Of a stretch of DNA of 64,000 nt, positions 48,221 to 57,951 are shown piece after piece. The stretch spans positions 1 through 64,000 of the forward strand of contig CAWBMV010000036.1 in the NCBI GenBank assembly GCA_963789955.1, in the 5' to 3' direction. Origin of the DNA: an uncultured Candidatus Rokubacteria bacterium (GTDB taxonomy: Bacteria; Methylomirabilota; Methylomirabilia; Rokubacteriales; CSP1-6). Under the pieces are notes generated by a model. It had not been told where the DNA came from. It saw only the letters and a program-made list of their open reading frames with translations, and searched no databases. The position numbers were made by a program, and so were the translations under genes. Position 1 is the first letter of the stretch, and each line of letters begins with the position of its first letter.

Positions 48221-48498
48221 TGATGCGCATGAGCCGCGAGCGCCTGTTCCACCTGACCGATCTGATCTTGAAAGAGCTCGGGACGACGCAGGGCGTGAGC
48301 ATCAAGGCGCCCGACGAGCTGCGGACCGAGGTCCTGCGCGCGCTCACCGAGGAAGCCAAGCTCGCCGAGTCGATCGACGGCGAGGTCCGGAAGATCTTGA
48401 GCACCTACTCGCGCCCGATGCCCGAGGGCAGCCACGAGTGGGAAGTGCTCTACGAGAAGACCCGCGAGGAAGTGTTCCGCAAGAGGTTCCGCCTCTGA
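48220..48498 (+). CDS. DUF507 family protein
   Basis: MRMSRERLFHL, VRKILSTYSRPMPEGSHEWEVLY. Confidence 0.75.
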   Translation: MMRMSRERLFHLTDLILKELGTTQGVSIKAPDELRTEVLRALTEEAKLAESIDGEVRKILSTYSRPMPEGSHEWEVLYEKTREEVFRKRFRL

Positions 48499-49091
48499 AG
48501 CGACTCGTCGTCGGGATCACGGGCGCGACCGGATCGATCTACGGGATTCGTCTGCTCGAGATCCTGCGCGGGCAGGCCGACGTGCAGACGCACCTGGTGA
48601 TCTCGGCGCCGGGCAAGCGCACGATCGTCGAGGAGACGGCGTTCACGGTGAGAGACGTGGAAGCGCTCGCCGCGCACCACTACGACATCCGCGACATCGG
48701 CGCCTCGATCGCCTCGGGCTCCTTCAAGACGGCCGGGATGGTGATCGCGCCGTGCTCGATCAAGACCGCGGGAGCGATCGCCTCGTGTCACACGGATTCG
48801 CTGATCGCGCGCGCGGCCGACGTGACCCTGAAGGAAGGCCGGCCGCTCATCGTGCTCCTGCGCGAGACGCCGCTGCACATCGGACACCTCAAGTGCATGG
48901 TGGCGCTCGCCGAGATGGGCGCGGTGCTGCTGCCGCCGATGCCCGCGTTTTACAACCGACCCAAGGACCTCGACGACATCGTGAATCACACGGTCGCGCG
49001 CGTGCTCGACCGGCTCAATCTTCCGCAGACGCTCGTCGCTGAGTGGCAGGGCACGGCCCGGCGCGTGTCGGCGGGGGAGCCGGGTGACTGA
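48495..49091 (+). CDS. ubiX: Flavin prenyltransferase UbiX
   Basis: RLVVGITGATG, IASGS, IAPCSIKT, RAADVTLKE, RETPL, PAFY; probable CTG start. Confidence 0.95.
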   Translation: MKRLVVGITGATGSIYGIRLLEILRGQADVQTHLVISAPGKRTIVEETAFTVRDVEALAAHHYDIRDIGASIASGSFKTAGMVIAPCSIKTAGAIASCHTDSLIARAADVTLKEGRPLIVLLRETPLHIGHLKCMVALAEMGAVLLPPMPAFYNRPKDLDDIVNHTVARVLDRLNLPQTLVAEWQGTARRVSAGEPGD

Positions 49092-49821
49092 CCTCTCGGT
49101 CGTCATCCCCGTCTACAACGAAGAAGCCAGCCTGACCCCGCTCTGGTCCGAGCTGCGCGGGATCCTCGAGCAGCTCGAGCTCGCCTTCGAGGTCGTGTTC
49201 GTCGACGACGGCAGCCGCGACCGCAGCGCCGAGATCATCCGCTCGTTTCGCGAGACCGATCAGCGCGTGCGCCTGGTGCGGCTCAAGGCGAACGGCGGTG
49301 AGACGGCGGCGACCGATGCCGGATTCAAGGCGGCGCGCGGGCGGCGCGTCGTCGTGATGGACGCCGATCTCCAGAACGATCCTCGTGACATCCCGATGCT
49401 GCTCTCGCATCTCGACCACTGGGACGCGGTCACCGGCTGGCGGGTCAATCGCGCCGCCGGCGACAACGTCGTGCGGCGCGTCTCGTCGCGGATCGCGAAC
49501 CGGATCCGTAACTGGGTGTCCGACGAGACGATCCAGGATAGCGGCTGCACCTTCCGGGCGTTTCGGCGCGAGTGTCTTCGCGGGCTCGTCCTCTACCGCG
49601 GCTTCCACCGGTTCATCCCCACGCTCCTCAAGATGCGCGGCTACCGCGTGATCGAGGTGCCGGTCGGCCACCGGCCGCGTCAGTTCGGCCGGTCGAAGTA
49701 CGGTGTCCTGAATCGCGCGGTCGTCGCCTTCGCCGACCTCCTGGTGATCCGCTGGATGGGCGCCCGCCTCCTCCGCTACGAAATCGTCGAGGACGTGGGC
49801 GGTGACCTCATCCGCGACTGA
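49084..49821 (+). CDS. GT2 polyprenol-phosphate glycosyltransferase (ArnC/DPM1-like)
   Basis: SVVIPVYNE, VDDGSRD, MDADLQNDP, HRFIP, GRSKYG. Confidence 0.9.
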   Translation: MTDLSVVIPVYNEEASLTPLWSELRGILEQLELAFEVVFVDDGSRDRSAEIIRSFRETDQRVRLVRLKANGGETAATDAGFKAARGRRVVVMDADLQNDPRDIPMLLSHLDHWDAVTGWRVNRAAGDNVVRRVSSRIANRIRNWVSDETIQDSGCTFRAFRRECLRGLVLYRGFHRFIPTLLKMRGYRVIEVPVGHRPRQFGRSKYGVLNRAVVAFADLLVIRWMGARLLRYEIVEDVGGDLIRD

Positions 49822-49830
49822 GCGCGGCGC

Positions 49831-50807
49831 GTGAACGTCTTGCTGGTCGGCCTCGGCCGCTGGGGCGAAAAGCATCTGCGCGTGCTCGGCGAGCTCGGCG
49901 TCACGCTCTGGGTCGCCGACGTGTCGCCGGAGCGGCTCGCGTGGGCAGTGCGCCACGGCGTCGCGGCGCGCCGCGCCGTCGCCGACTATCGCACCGCGCT
50001 GAACGCGGTCGACGCGGTCGACATCGTCACCTCGGCGGAGAGCCACTGGGACGTCGCGCGCGCGAGCCTGGCCGCCGGCCGTCATTGCTTCGTCGAGAAG
50101 CCCCTGGCGCGAACGCTCGCGGAGGCGCGGCTGCTGGACGCGGCGGCCGTGTCGACCGGCCGCGTGGTTCAGGTCGGTCACATCTTTCGCTTCCACCCCG
50201 TGACGGCGACCTTGCGCGAGGCGCTCGGCGCCGGGCGCATCGGCGCCGTTCGCTACGCCACCGGTCGCTTCTCGGGATTCAAGCGGCCCCGTCTGGACGT
50301 CGGGGTCACCCAGACGGACGCGATCCACTACTTCGATCTCTTCGCGCTACCTCTTCGATCGGCAGGCGACCCGAGTCAGCGCGCTGCAGCGAGACTTCCT
50401 GGGCCGCGGTCTCGACGATCTGTCCGTGACCGTCGTGCACTACGGCGACGTGCCGGCCGTCGTCGAGGCGAGCTACTTCGCGCCCGGAACCTGGCGCGAG
50501 TGCGCGATCGTCGGGCGAGCGCGGCACGCTCGTGGCCGACTACGGAGCCTCGACCGTCACGCTCCACCTCGGCGAGCACACCAAGCACGGCAGCGCGTGG
50601 GAAGCCGTGGAGACCGGGAAGGAAGAGCTTCGGACGGGGCGCGAGGAGCCCCTTCGTCTCGAGCTCCAGGCCTTTCTCGAGGCGTGCGCCGGCCGTGCGG
50701 CCAACCCGGTTCCAGCGTCGGCTGGCGTGCGGGCGCTCGAGATCGTCGAGGCGGCCGCGCGGTCGGCTCGACTCGGTGCCGATGTCTCGCTCCCGCTCCC
50801 GTCTTGA
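49831..50807 (+). CDS. Gfo/Idh/MocA oxidoreductase (frameshifted)
   Basis: VGLGRWG, FVEKPLA, VGHIFRFHP, DAIHYFD, EPLRLEL. Confidence 0.85.
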
Positions 50808-50898
50808 CAGCCGCGTCGTCCACGCCGCACAGTCGCGTCGAATCGAATCCAGACGCAGCCGCGGGCACCAGCGCCGGCTGCTCCGAGGAGACAGCGCG

Positions 50899-51189
50899 AT
50901 GGCGATCCGACTCGTGGTCACGATCACGGCCGTACCAGGCAAGGGAACGCAGCTCGCGGAGGGGTACAAAGCCCGCTGCGCGCAGGTGCTGAAGGAGCCG
51001 GGCTGCGAGCAGTTCGAGATCTTTCAGAGCGCGGTGAACCCGGATCGCTTGACCTTGCTCGAGCGCTGGGCGGACCAGGCGGCGCTGGACGCCCACGCGA
51101 AGCTCAACAGCACGCGCCCGCCGCTGCTGCCCGAGCTCCGCGCCGGGAACGGAGAGCGGGAAGACTACGAGTACCGGAGGACGCGTTAG
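50899..51189 (+). CDS. Antibiotic biosynthesis monooxygenase (ABM) family protein
   Basis: GAGGAG RBS; KEPGCEQFE, LERWADQAALDAH. Confidence 0.85.
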   Translation: MAIRLVVTITAVPGKGTQLAEGYKARCAQVLKEPGCEQFEIFQSAVNPDRLTLLERWADQAALDAHAKLNSTRPPLLPELRAGNGEREDYEYRRTR

Positions 51190-51219
51190 CGCGACTCTCG
51201 GTCGGCCGCGGAGGCTGAG

Positions 51220-52157
51220 ATGGCGACCGTCAAGCCCCATCGGATCGATGTCCACCATCACCACACGCCCCCGCCGTACGTCGCGGCGATCACCGCCGGG
51301 AACATCGCCGGCCCGGTGCGGGACTGGACGCCGGAGAAGTCGATCGCCGACATGGACCGGGCCGGCGTGGCGACGGCCATCACGTCGATCACCACGCCGG
51401 CGCTGCGTTTCCTCGACGACGCGGGCGCGCGGAAGCTGGCGCGGGAGTGCAACGACTACTCGGCGAAGCTGGCCGCCGACTCCAAGGGCCGCTTCGGCAT
51501 GTTCGCGGTGATGCCGATGCCGTACGTCGAGGGCACGCTGCGCGAGATCGGGTACGCGCTCGATTCGCTCAAGGCCGACGGCATCGCGCTGCTGACGAGC
51601 TATGGCGACAAGTGGCTCGGCGACCCGAGCTTCACGCCGGTGCTGGAGGAGCTGAATCGCCGGCGGGCCGTCGTGTACACGCACCCGACCACGGCGAACT
51701 GCTGCGGCAACCTGATTCCCGACGTGCCGGAGTCGATCGTCGAGTGGGGAACGGACACCACGCGCACGATCGCCAGCCTGGTCTTCAGCGGCGCCGCCGC
51801 GCGGTTCCACGACGTGCAGATGATCTTCTCGCACGGCGGCGGAACCTTGCCGTTCTTGACCGAGCGCTTCGTGCGCCTGCCGCTGATCAACAAGAGCCTC
51901 GCCGCGCGCGTGCCGAACGGCGTCGAAACCGAGCTCAAACGCTTCTACTACGACACGGCGCAGGCCGCTCATCCGTACGCGCTCGCGTCGCTGACGAAGC
52001 TCGTCCCGACGTCGCAGATCGTGTTCGGGACCGACTTCCCGTATCGCACAGCGATCGATCACGTGAAGGGCTGACCAGCTACGGCTTCGGCGCGAGCGAT
52101 CTGCAGGCGATCGATCGCGACAACGCGGTGCGGCTCATGCCGCGGTGGAAGGGCTAG
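51220..52157 (+). CDS. Amidohydrolase 2 family (decarboxylase-like), frameshift near 52070
   Basis: IDVHHH, YTHP, SHGGGTLP, FGTDFP, NAVRL. Confidence 0.9.
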
Positions 52158-52576
52158 GCGGCCGGGAGCCCTATTTCGTGCTGGCCCCGGGTGTTGGTCG
52201 GGGAGCGCTGCTGCCGGGCGGCGGGTTCGTGGCGGCCTCGAGCGCGTGCACACGCGCCGTCAGCTCGTCGACCTGTCGCTGAAGCTTCTCGTTCTGCGCC
52301 CGCAAGTCGTTCAGCCGCGCCGCTCACCTGCGCCGAGACCCAGGTTTCGATCGGCACGGCGGGTACGATGTTTCCAGTCTGGTAGATCGTGCAATCGCCT
52401 TGCTGCGCCGGCCCCGTCCCATTCAGATTCAAGGTCGCGTTGGGGGCGCAGCCGAACACGCGGAACATGTTGGTACCCGATCCGGTATAGAAGGGCTGCG
52501 CGTCGCTTCTCGAGGCGTGAAGAATTCCGAGCAGCGCGACGACGAGGAGCGCGGCGAGACGGCCGGAGTGTCGCAT
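52154..52576 (-). CDS. Exported hypothetical protein
   Basis: Signal-peptide-like N-terminus, GAAAGG RBS; 3' frame uncertain. Confidence 0.45.
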   Translation of the reverse strand: MRHSGRLAALLVVALLGILHASRSDAQPFYTGSGTNMFRVFGCAPNATLNLNGTGPAQQGDCTIYQTGNIVPAVPIETWVSAQVSGAAERLAGAEREASATGRRADGACARARGRHEPAARQQRSPTNTRGQHEIGLPAA

Positions 52577-52621
52577 CGCGTGTACCTTTCTCGAGGTCTG
52601 GTCAGAGGTGGCGCGCGGTGC

Positions 52622-53302
52622 TCAGTCGAAACGGAGCGACCTGGCGAGCGTTTCGAGATCGGCGAGGCCTTCTTCTCGGTTCTCGGGTGTGCCGACGTGC
52701 GCGAGCGAGATCGTATCGGACTGGTTGAAGAAGCCGAGGACGGTCCAGTAGAGCGAACCCCGCGCCTCGTCGGATCGGAAGCGGACCCGCAAGAACCGAT
52801 TCAGCCCGTAGTCGACCACGTCGACCGCTTCCAGGGTGAGCGTCGGCTTGTCGCTCGCGGGTGCGTTGTCGGTCCGCGCTCTCGCGAAGCGGTCCCAGAG
52901 TCCCTGCTTGTCTTTTTCCGACAGTCCGTACTGGAGAGGATTGCCCGAGCTGTACCAGCCACCCGAGCGCGCTTCGGAACCCGCCTGGATCCACGCGCCT
53001 CGCGAGGAGATGAGCCCGGTGTCAATGGCTTGCAGCTCGAACTCCGCGCGTTCGAGCAGGGCGCGGCGGCCTGCCTCGTCGAGGTTTGCGAACACGCGCC
53101 GATTGAAGCCGAGCGATGCATAGTCCGAGGGCGTCGCTTGTCGCCAGCCATCGGGAACGTCGAAGGTATATCGGGGGGGATCGAGGTGAACGTACGCGCT
53201 GCCCCAGTACTCGCCTTTCTGCAAGGGGCCACAGCCAGACAGACTGCAGGCGGCCAGCACGAGGGTGATGAGACCCAGCCATGGCCGGCGCGTGAAACTC
53301 AT
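52622..53302 (-). CDS. Hypothetical lipoprotein
   Basis: MSFTRRPWLGLITLVLAACSLSGC lipobox; long open frame. Confidence 0.6.
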   Translation of the reverse strand: MSFTRRPWLGLITLVLAACSLSGCGPLQKGEYWGSAYVHLDPPRYTFDVPDGWRQATPSDYASLGFNRRVFANLDEAGRRALLERAEFELQAIDTGLISSRGAWIQAGSEARSGGWYSSGNPLQYGLSEKDKQGLWDRFARARTDNAPASDKPTLTLEAVDVVDYGLNRFLRVRFRSDEARGSLYWTVLGFFNQSDTISLAHVGTPENREEGLADLETLARSLRFD

Positions 53303-53357
53303 CCGAACCACATCGTCTCGTCTCACTGACTTCCGGCTGGGTCTACCGGTGAAGCTT

Positions 53358-53444
53358 TGGTGCCGAAGCGGGGACTCGAACCCCGACACCCTTGCGGGCA
53401 CTAGACCCTGAATCTAGCGCGTCTGCCAATTCCGCCACTTCGGC
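53358..53444 (-). tRNA. tRNA-Leu(CAG)
   Basis: GCCGAAG/CTTCGGC stem, ACCA end, CTAGA-TT CAG GG-TCTAG, long variable arm, GTTCGAGTC. Confidence 0.97.
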
Positions 53445-53476
53445 CAGAAAAGCGTGAGTCATAATACCTTTCGGAC

Positions 53477-53965
53477 ATGGCAAGTCAAGCCAGAGAGGTG
53501 TCGGGAGATCGTTCCATCGCGACCAACCGTCGCGCTCGGCACGAGTACGAGATCCTCGAGACGGTCGAGGCGGGCCTGGTACTACGCGGCACCGAGGTCA
53601 AGTCGCTCAGGGACGGTCTGGTCAACTTCAAGGACAGCTACGCGTCCGTCCGGAACGGGGAGGGCTGGCTCCTCGGCTGCCACATCAATCCTTATAGCCA
53701 CGGCACGGATGCCAACCACGACCCCGAACGGGACCGGAAGCTCCTCCTTCATAAGAAGGAGATCGCCCGGCTGAGCGGAAAGATCAGCGAAAAGGGCCTG
53801 ACTCTGGTCCCGCTTCGTCTCTACTTCAAAGGTGGCCGGGCCAAGGTCGAGCTCGGCCTGGCGCGGGGCAAGAAGCTTCACGACAAGCGAGCCACCCTGC
53901 GCGAGCGGGAGGTTCGCCGCGAGATGGACAAGGCCGCCCGTGGCGCTCGACGCGGCGCGTGGTAG
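53477..53965 (+). CDS. smpB: SsrA-binding protein SmpB
   Basis: NRRARHEY, EAGLVLRGTEVKSLR, RKLLLHK, GKKLHDKR. Confidence 0.98.
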   Translation: MASQAREVSGDRSIATNRRARHEYEILETVEAGLVLRGTEVKSLRDGLVNFKDSYASVRNGEGWLLGCHINPYSHGTDANHDPERDRKLLLHKKEIARLSGKISEKGLTLVPLRLYFKGGRAKVELGLARGKKLHDKRATLREREVRREMDKAARGARRGAW

Positions 53966-53998
53966 TGGTATACTTGTTACAAATCGGGTACTTCAAGG

Positions 53999-54353
53999 GG
54001 GGGCGACAGGTTTCGACGGGGATCATTGACGTCCAGGCTGCGTCTCGAGGTTTCTCTCCCCTCGTTAATAAGAGAGAACGGTATAGCTGCCAACACACAG
54101 CTAGCTCTGGCGGCCTAACACCCGTCAGCGTCCGCCGGCTCGAGCCATCAGGGACCGGGAACGGACGTCATATTCTGGTGGCTGGCTCCGAACCTAGCCT
54201 CAGGGGAGGGGCGAGACTTTGAGGCTGGCCGCGCGGTGATCCGGCCGATTGGAGTGCCGCGTAGCGAGAAGCAGTAAAGTAGATCGGCTATCGACGTAGA
54301 CGCCTGCGGCTGAGGGTTTCCGGACGTGGGTTCGATTCCCACCGCCTCCACCA
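53999..54353 (+). ncRNA. ssrA: tmRNA, tag (A)ANTQLALAA at 54089-54118
   Basis: GGGGGCG..TTTCGAC 5' end, GGTTCGATTCCC..CGCCTCCACCA 3' end with G3.U pair, tag frame ending LAA*, adjacent to smpB. Confidence 0.96.
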
Positions 54354-54377
54354 AACTTCGACGGCGCTGACTCGTCT

Positions 54378-55064
54378 TTGATCGCGAACGACCGAGCTGC
54401 CGTACTGTTCGACTTCGGCGGGACTCTGGACGCCGACGGGCTTCCGTGGAAAGAGCGGGTGTATCGGCTGTTCCGCGACGAGGGAGCCGTCATGGCGCCC
54501 GACCGCTTCGATCCTGCCTTCTATGCGGCCGACGACGCGCTCGTCGGCACCCTGCCGGTGACGACCTCGTTCCGGGCGACCGTCGAGCGCCTGGCCGCGG
54601 GTGTCGCCGCGACGCTCGAGCTCCCCGATCCCGACATCGCGGCTCGCGTCGCGGGCCGATTCCTGAGCGATTCATTGCGGACGATCGACGGGAACACGCC
54701 GCTGCTGCGCGAGCTTAGCCGGCGCTACCGGCTCGGCATCGTCTCCAACTTCTACGGAAACCTGGCGCAGGTGTGCGAGGATGCCGGTATTCGTCAACTG
54801 TTTGGTGTGCTCGTCGATTCGGCGGAGGTTGGATGCACGAAGCCGGCCCCGCGAATCTTCCAGCACGCGCTCGACGCGCTCGGCGTCTCTGCGGCGAAGG
54901 CGACCTTCGTCGGCGATTCTCTGCCGCGAGACATGGCGGGCGCGCGCGGCGTCGGCATGCGCCACATCTGGCTCGTCGGCGCCGAGGCGTCCGCGGCGGC
55001 TCCGTGCTGCCGAGACGATCGACAGATTCGCTCGCTTCGCGAGCTGGAGGCGATTCTGCTGTGA
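54378..55064 (+). CDS. HAD-superfamily hydrolase
   Basis: LFDFGGTLD, IVSN, KP, VGDS..D. Confidence 0.92.
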   Translation: MIANDRAAVLFDFGGTLDADGLPWKERVYRLFRDEGAVMAPDRFDPAFYAADDALVGTLPVTTSFRATVERLAAGVAATLELPDPDIAARVAGRFLSDSLRTIDGNTPLLRELSRRYRLGIVSNFYGNLAQVCEDAGIRQLFGVLVDSAEVGCTKPAPRIFQHALDALGVSAAKATFVGDSLPRDMAGARGVGMRHIWLVGAEASAAAPCCRDDRQIRSLRELEAILL

Positions 55065-55765
55065 GCGCGTCGTTCGCGGGCGGCATCATCGCCGCGGGTG
55101 AAGGCAGCCGGCTGCGCCAGGGCGGGTTCGCGATGCCCAAGCCGATGGTGCCGATCGCCGGCGTGCCGCTGATCGAGTCGACCATTCGCAATCTTCGCGC
55201 CGCGCGCGTCGGGCCACTGGCGATCATCGTGAACGAGCAGGAGCGCGAGTGCGTCGAGTGGATCCGCGCGCGCTTCCCCGATCTCGACATCGACTTCATC
55301 GTCAAGACGACGCGCTCGTCGCTCGAGAGCTTCGGCGAGGTGATCCGCCGTCATCCCGGCGGCCGGATGCTCGTCTCGACCGTCGATGCGTGGTGCGTCG
55401 AGTCGGACTTCGTCCGGTTCGTCGAGGCCGCGGCTCGGCGGCCGCTCGACGCGACGGTCTTGGCCGTGACGCCGCTGGTCGCGGACGAGAAGCCGCTGCG
55501 CGTCGTCATGGCGGCGGACGGCCGGATCAAGGACGTCGGCGTCGACGCGGGTGATCTCGTCACCGCCGGCATGTACCTGGTGCCCGAAGCGGTGCGCACA
55601 CTCACGCCGCCGGCCGGGCTCGGACGGCTGCGCGACTTTCTGAAATGGCTGGCGCGCTCGGGCGCGCCGCTGTACGGCGAGATCATCGAGCAGGTCGTCG
55701 ACGTGGATCGGGCCGACGACGTGGCGCTGGCCGAGACGCTCGCCTTGGCGGGGCGGGTATCATAG
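55061..55765 (+). CDS. Nucleotidyltransferase (NTP_transferase, cytidylyltransferase-like)
   Basis: IIAAGEGSRL, PKPMVPIAG, VDVD; GTGA overlap with HAD gene. Confidence 0.9.
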   Translation: MSASFAGGIIAAGEGSRLRQGGFAMPKPMVPIAGVPLIESTIRNLRAARVGPLAIIVNEQERECVEWIRARFPDLDIDFIVKTTRSSLESFGEVIRRHPGGRMLVSTVDAWCVESDFVRFVEAAARRPLDATVLAVTPLVADEKPLRVVMAADGRIKDVGVDAGDLVTAGMYLVPEAVRTLTPPAGLGRLRDFLKWLARSGAPLYGEIIEQVVDVDRADDVALAETLALAGRVS

Positions 55766-55787
55766 ATCGATTGAGGAGGGCTCGAGA

Positions 55788-56624
55788 GTGAGCAGAGTCT
55801 GCTGGGGAATTTTTCGCGAGTCGACCCATTCGCCGGGCCGCGAGTCCGACGACACGGAAATTCTGAGGCTGACCGGCAAGCATCTGGAAGCGAAGGGCTT
55901 TCACGTCGAGCTCAAGACCGCGGACGAGGTGACCGAGGCCACGGAAACCGGGCCGCGCTTCGTCTTCCTCATGTGCGAGCGGGTCGAGGTGCTCGAGCGC
56001 CTGCGGGCACTCGAGGTGAGCGGCGTGCCCCACGTGAACACCCCCCGCGCCGTGCACAACACCTATCGTGACCGGATGATCGCCGTGCTCGACGAGGCGA
56101 ACGTGCCCTTCATCCCGAGCCGCATCGTCGCCACGAGCGAGACGCCGGAGGCGAGCCCGCAGCCGCTGTGGGTGAAGCGTGGCGACGTCCACAATACGCA
56201 GGAGGGCGACGTCGTTCGCGCGTCGACGGCCGCCGCAGTCGAGGCCGCGCTCCGCGGGCTCGCCCAGCGCGGGATCAAGCGCGCCGTGCTCCAGCCGCAC
56301 GTCGAGGGCGACCTGATCAAGTTCTACGGGATCGGCGCCGGCGGTGGGCCGCATCGCGAGCCGCCCTGGTTCCGTTGGTTCTATCACAAGGACCAGAAGC
56401 TCTCCGGCAACCCGCTCGACCAGCGTCAGCTTGCGCGGCTCGTCCGCCGCGCGGCCGCGGCACTCGGCCTCGAAGTGTACGGCGGCGACGCGATCGCGAC
56501 GCCGACCGGTGAGCTGGTGCTCCTGGACGTGAACGCGTGGCCGAGCTTCGCGCTCTATCGCGACGAGGCCTCCGCCGCGATCGCGTCGTATCTGGCGCTT
56601 CGATTCTCGGGAGGCAAGCGTTGA
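55788..56624 (+). CDS. ATP-grasp fold protein
   Basis: PHVNTP, WVKRGD, LQPHVEGDLIKFYG, GLEVYGGD, LLDVNAWPSF; GAGGAGG RBS. Confidence 0.8.
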   Translation: MSRVCWGIFRESTHSPGRESDDTEILRLTGKHLEAKGFHVELKTADEVTEATETGPRFVFLMCERVEVLERLRALEVSGVPHVNTPRAVHNTYRDRMIAVLDEANVPFIPSRIVATSETPEASPQPLWVKRGDVHNTQEGDVVRASTAAAVEAALRGLAQRGIKRAVLQPHVEGDLIKFYGIGAGGGPHREPPWFRWFYHKDQKLSGNPLDQRQLARLVRRAAAALGLEVYGGDAIATPTGELVLLDVNAWPSFALYRDEASAAIASYLALRFSGGKR

Positions 56625-57950
56625 CCGAACGGCGTGAGGTCGGACCGCGGTCGCAGAAGATCGTCACTCAGGAACGTAAGCACCTGGCATCGGGCTCCCA
56701 GGGCTTTTCGCTCTACGCGGGCCTCGCGATGGCGCGCGGTGTCGACTGCACCTTGATCGACGAGGACGGCAACGAGTACATCGACTTCATCGCCGGCATC
56801 GCGGTCGGGAGCATCGGTCACTGCCATCCGCACTACGTCGAGGCGCTCAAGCGTCAAGTCGAGCAGATCACCTTCGGCAGCTTCACCACCGAGATACGGG
56901 CCAAGTTCCTCGACCTGCTCGGTTCGGTCACGCCCGAGGGGCTCACGCGCATCCAGATGTTCTCCGGCGGCGCCGAGGCGGTCGAGGCCGCGCTGCGGCT
57001 TGCGCACGCCGCAACCGGCAAGAGCGAGGTGCTCGGGTTCTGGGGCGGCTTCCACGGCAAGACCGGCGGCGTGTTGCCGCTGCTCGGCAGCGAGTTCAAG
57101 CACCACCTCGGGCCATTCATGCCGGGGCGTTATTCCTCGCCGTACGCGGACTGCTATCGCTGCCCCCTCAAGCTCCGGTACCCGGACTGCGGGATCGCTT
57201 GCGCGGAGTTCGCGCGCGACGTCATTCGCTACCAGACCGCCGGCGAGATCGGCGCGATCATCGTCGAGCCGATGCAGGGCACGGCGGGCAACATCATCCC
57301 GCCGGAGGGATTTCTGCGCGCGGTCGCCGGGATCGCTCGCGAGCACGGCGCACTGTTCATCGCGGACGAGATGATCACCGGCTTCGGACGAACCGGGGCG
57401 ATGTGGGGCGCGGAGCACGACGGTGTCGTGCCCGACATCATGACCGTCGGGAAAGGCGTCGGCGGCGGTTATCCGCTCTCGTGCGTGATCTCGACCGACA
57501 AGATCACGTCGTCGAAGCCCTGGTCCAATCCGAGCGCCAGCTCGTCGAGCTATGGCGGCAGCCCGCTCGCGTCGGCCGCCGGCCTCGCCGCGCTCGAGAT
57601 CATCTTGAAGGAAGATCTAGTCAAGAACGCCGAGCGCGTGGGCAAGGTCATGCTCGGACGGCTCGAGGAGCTGAAGGAGAAGTACCGGTGTGTCGGCGAG
57701 GTGCGCGGGCGCGGTCTGATGCTCGGCATCGAGCTCGTGAGCGACCGGGCGACCAAGCAGCCGCTGCTCGAAGACGGCCACGCAGGCGCTCTACCAGGAA
57801 TGCCTTCGCCGTGGTCTCGTCGCGATGACCTACGCGCCGTCGGTTCGCCTCAACCCGCCGCTCACGATCAAAGAGGACGCGGCGCTGGCGGGACTCGCGA
57901 TCCTGGACGAGGCGCTCGAGGTGGTCGTCAGAGATCACGGGCTTCGATAG
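56621..57950 (+). CDS. Class III PLP aminotransferase (frameshift near 57770)
   Basis: DEDGNEYIDF, SGGAEAVE, FHGKT, IADEMITGFGRTG, DIMTVGK, RLNPPL; TTGA overlap with GGAGG RBS. Confidence 0.93.
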
Positions 57951-57951
57951 G

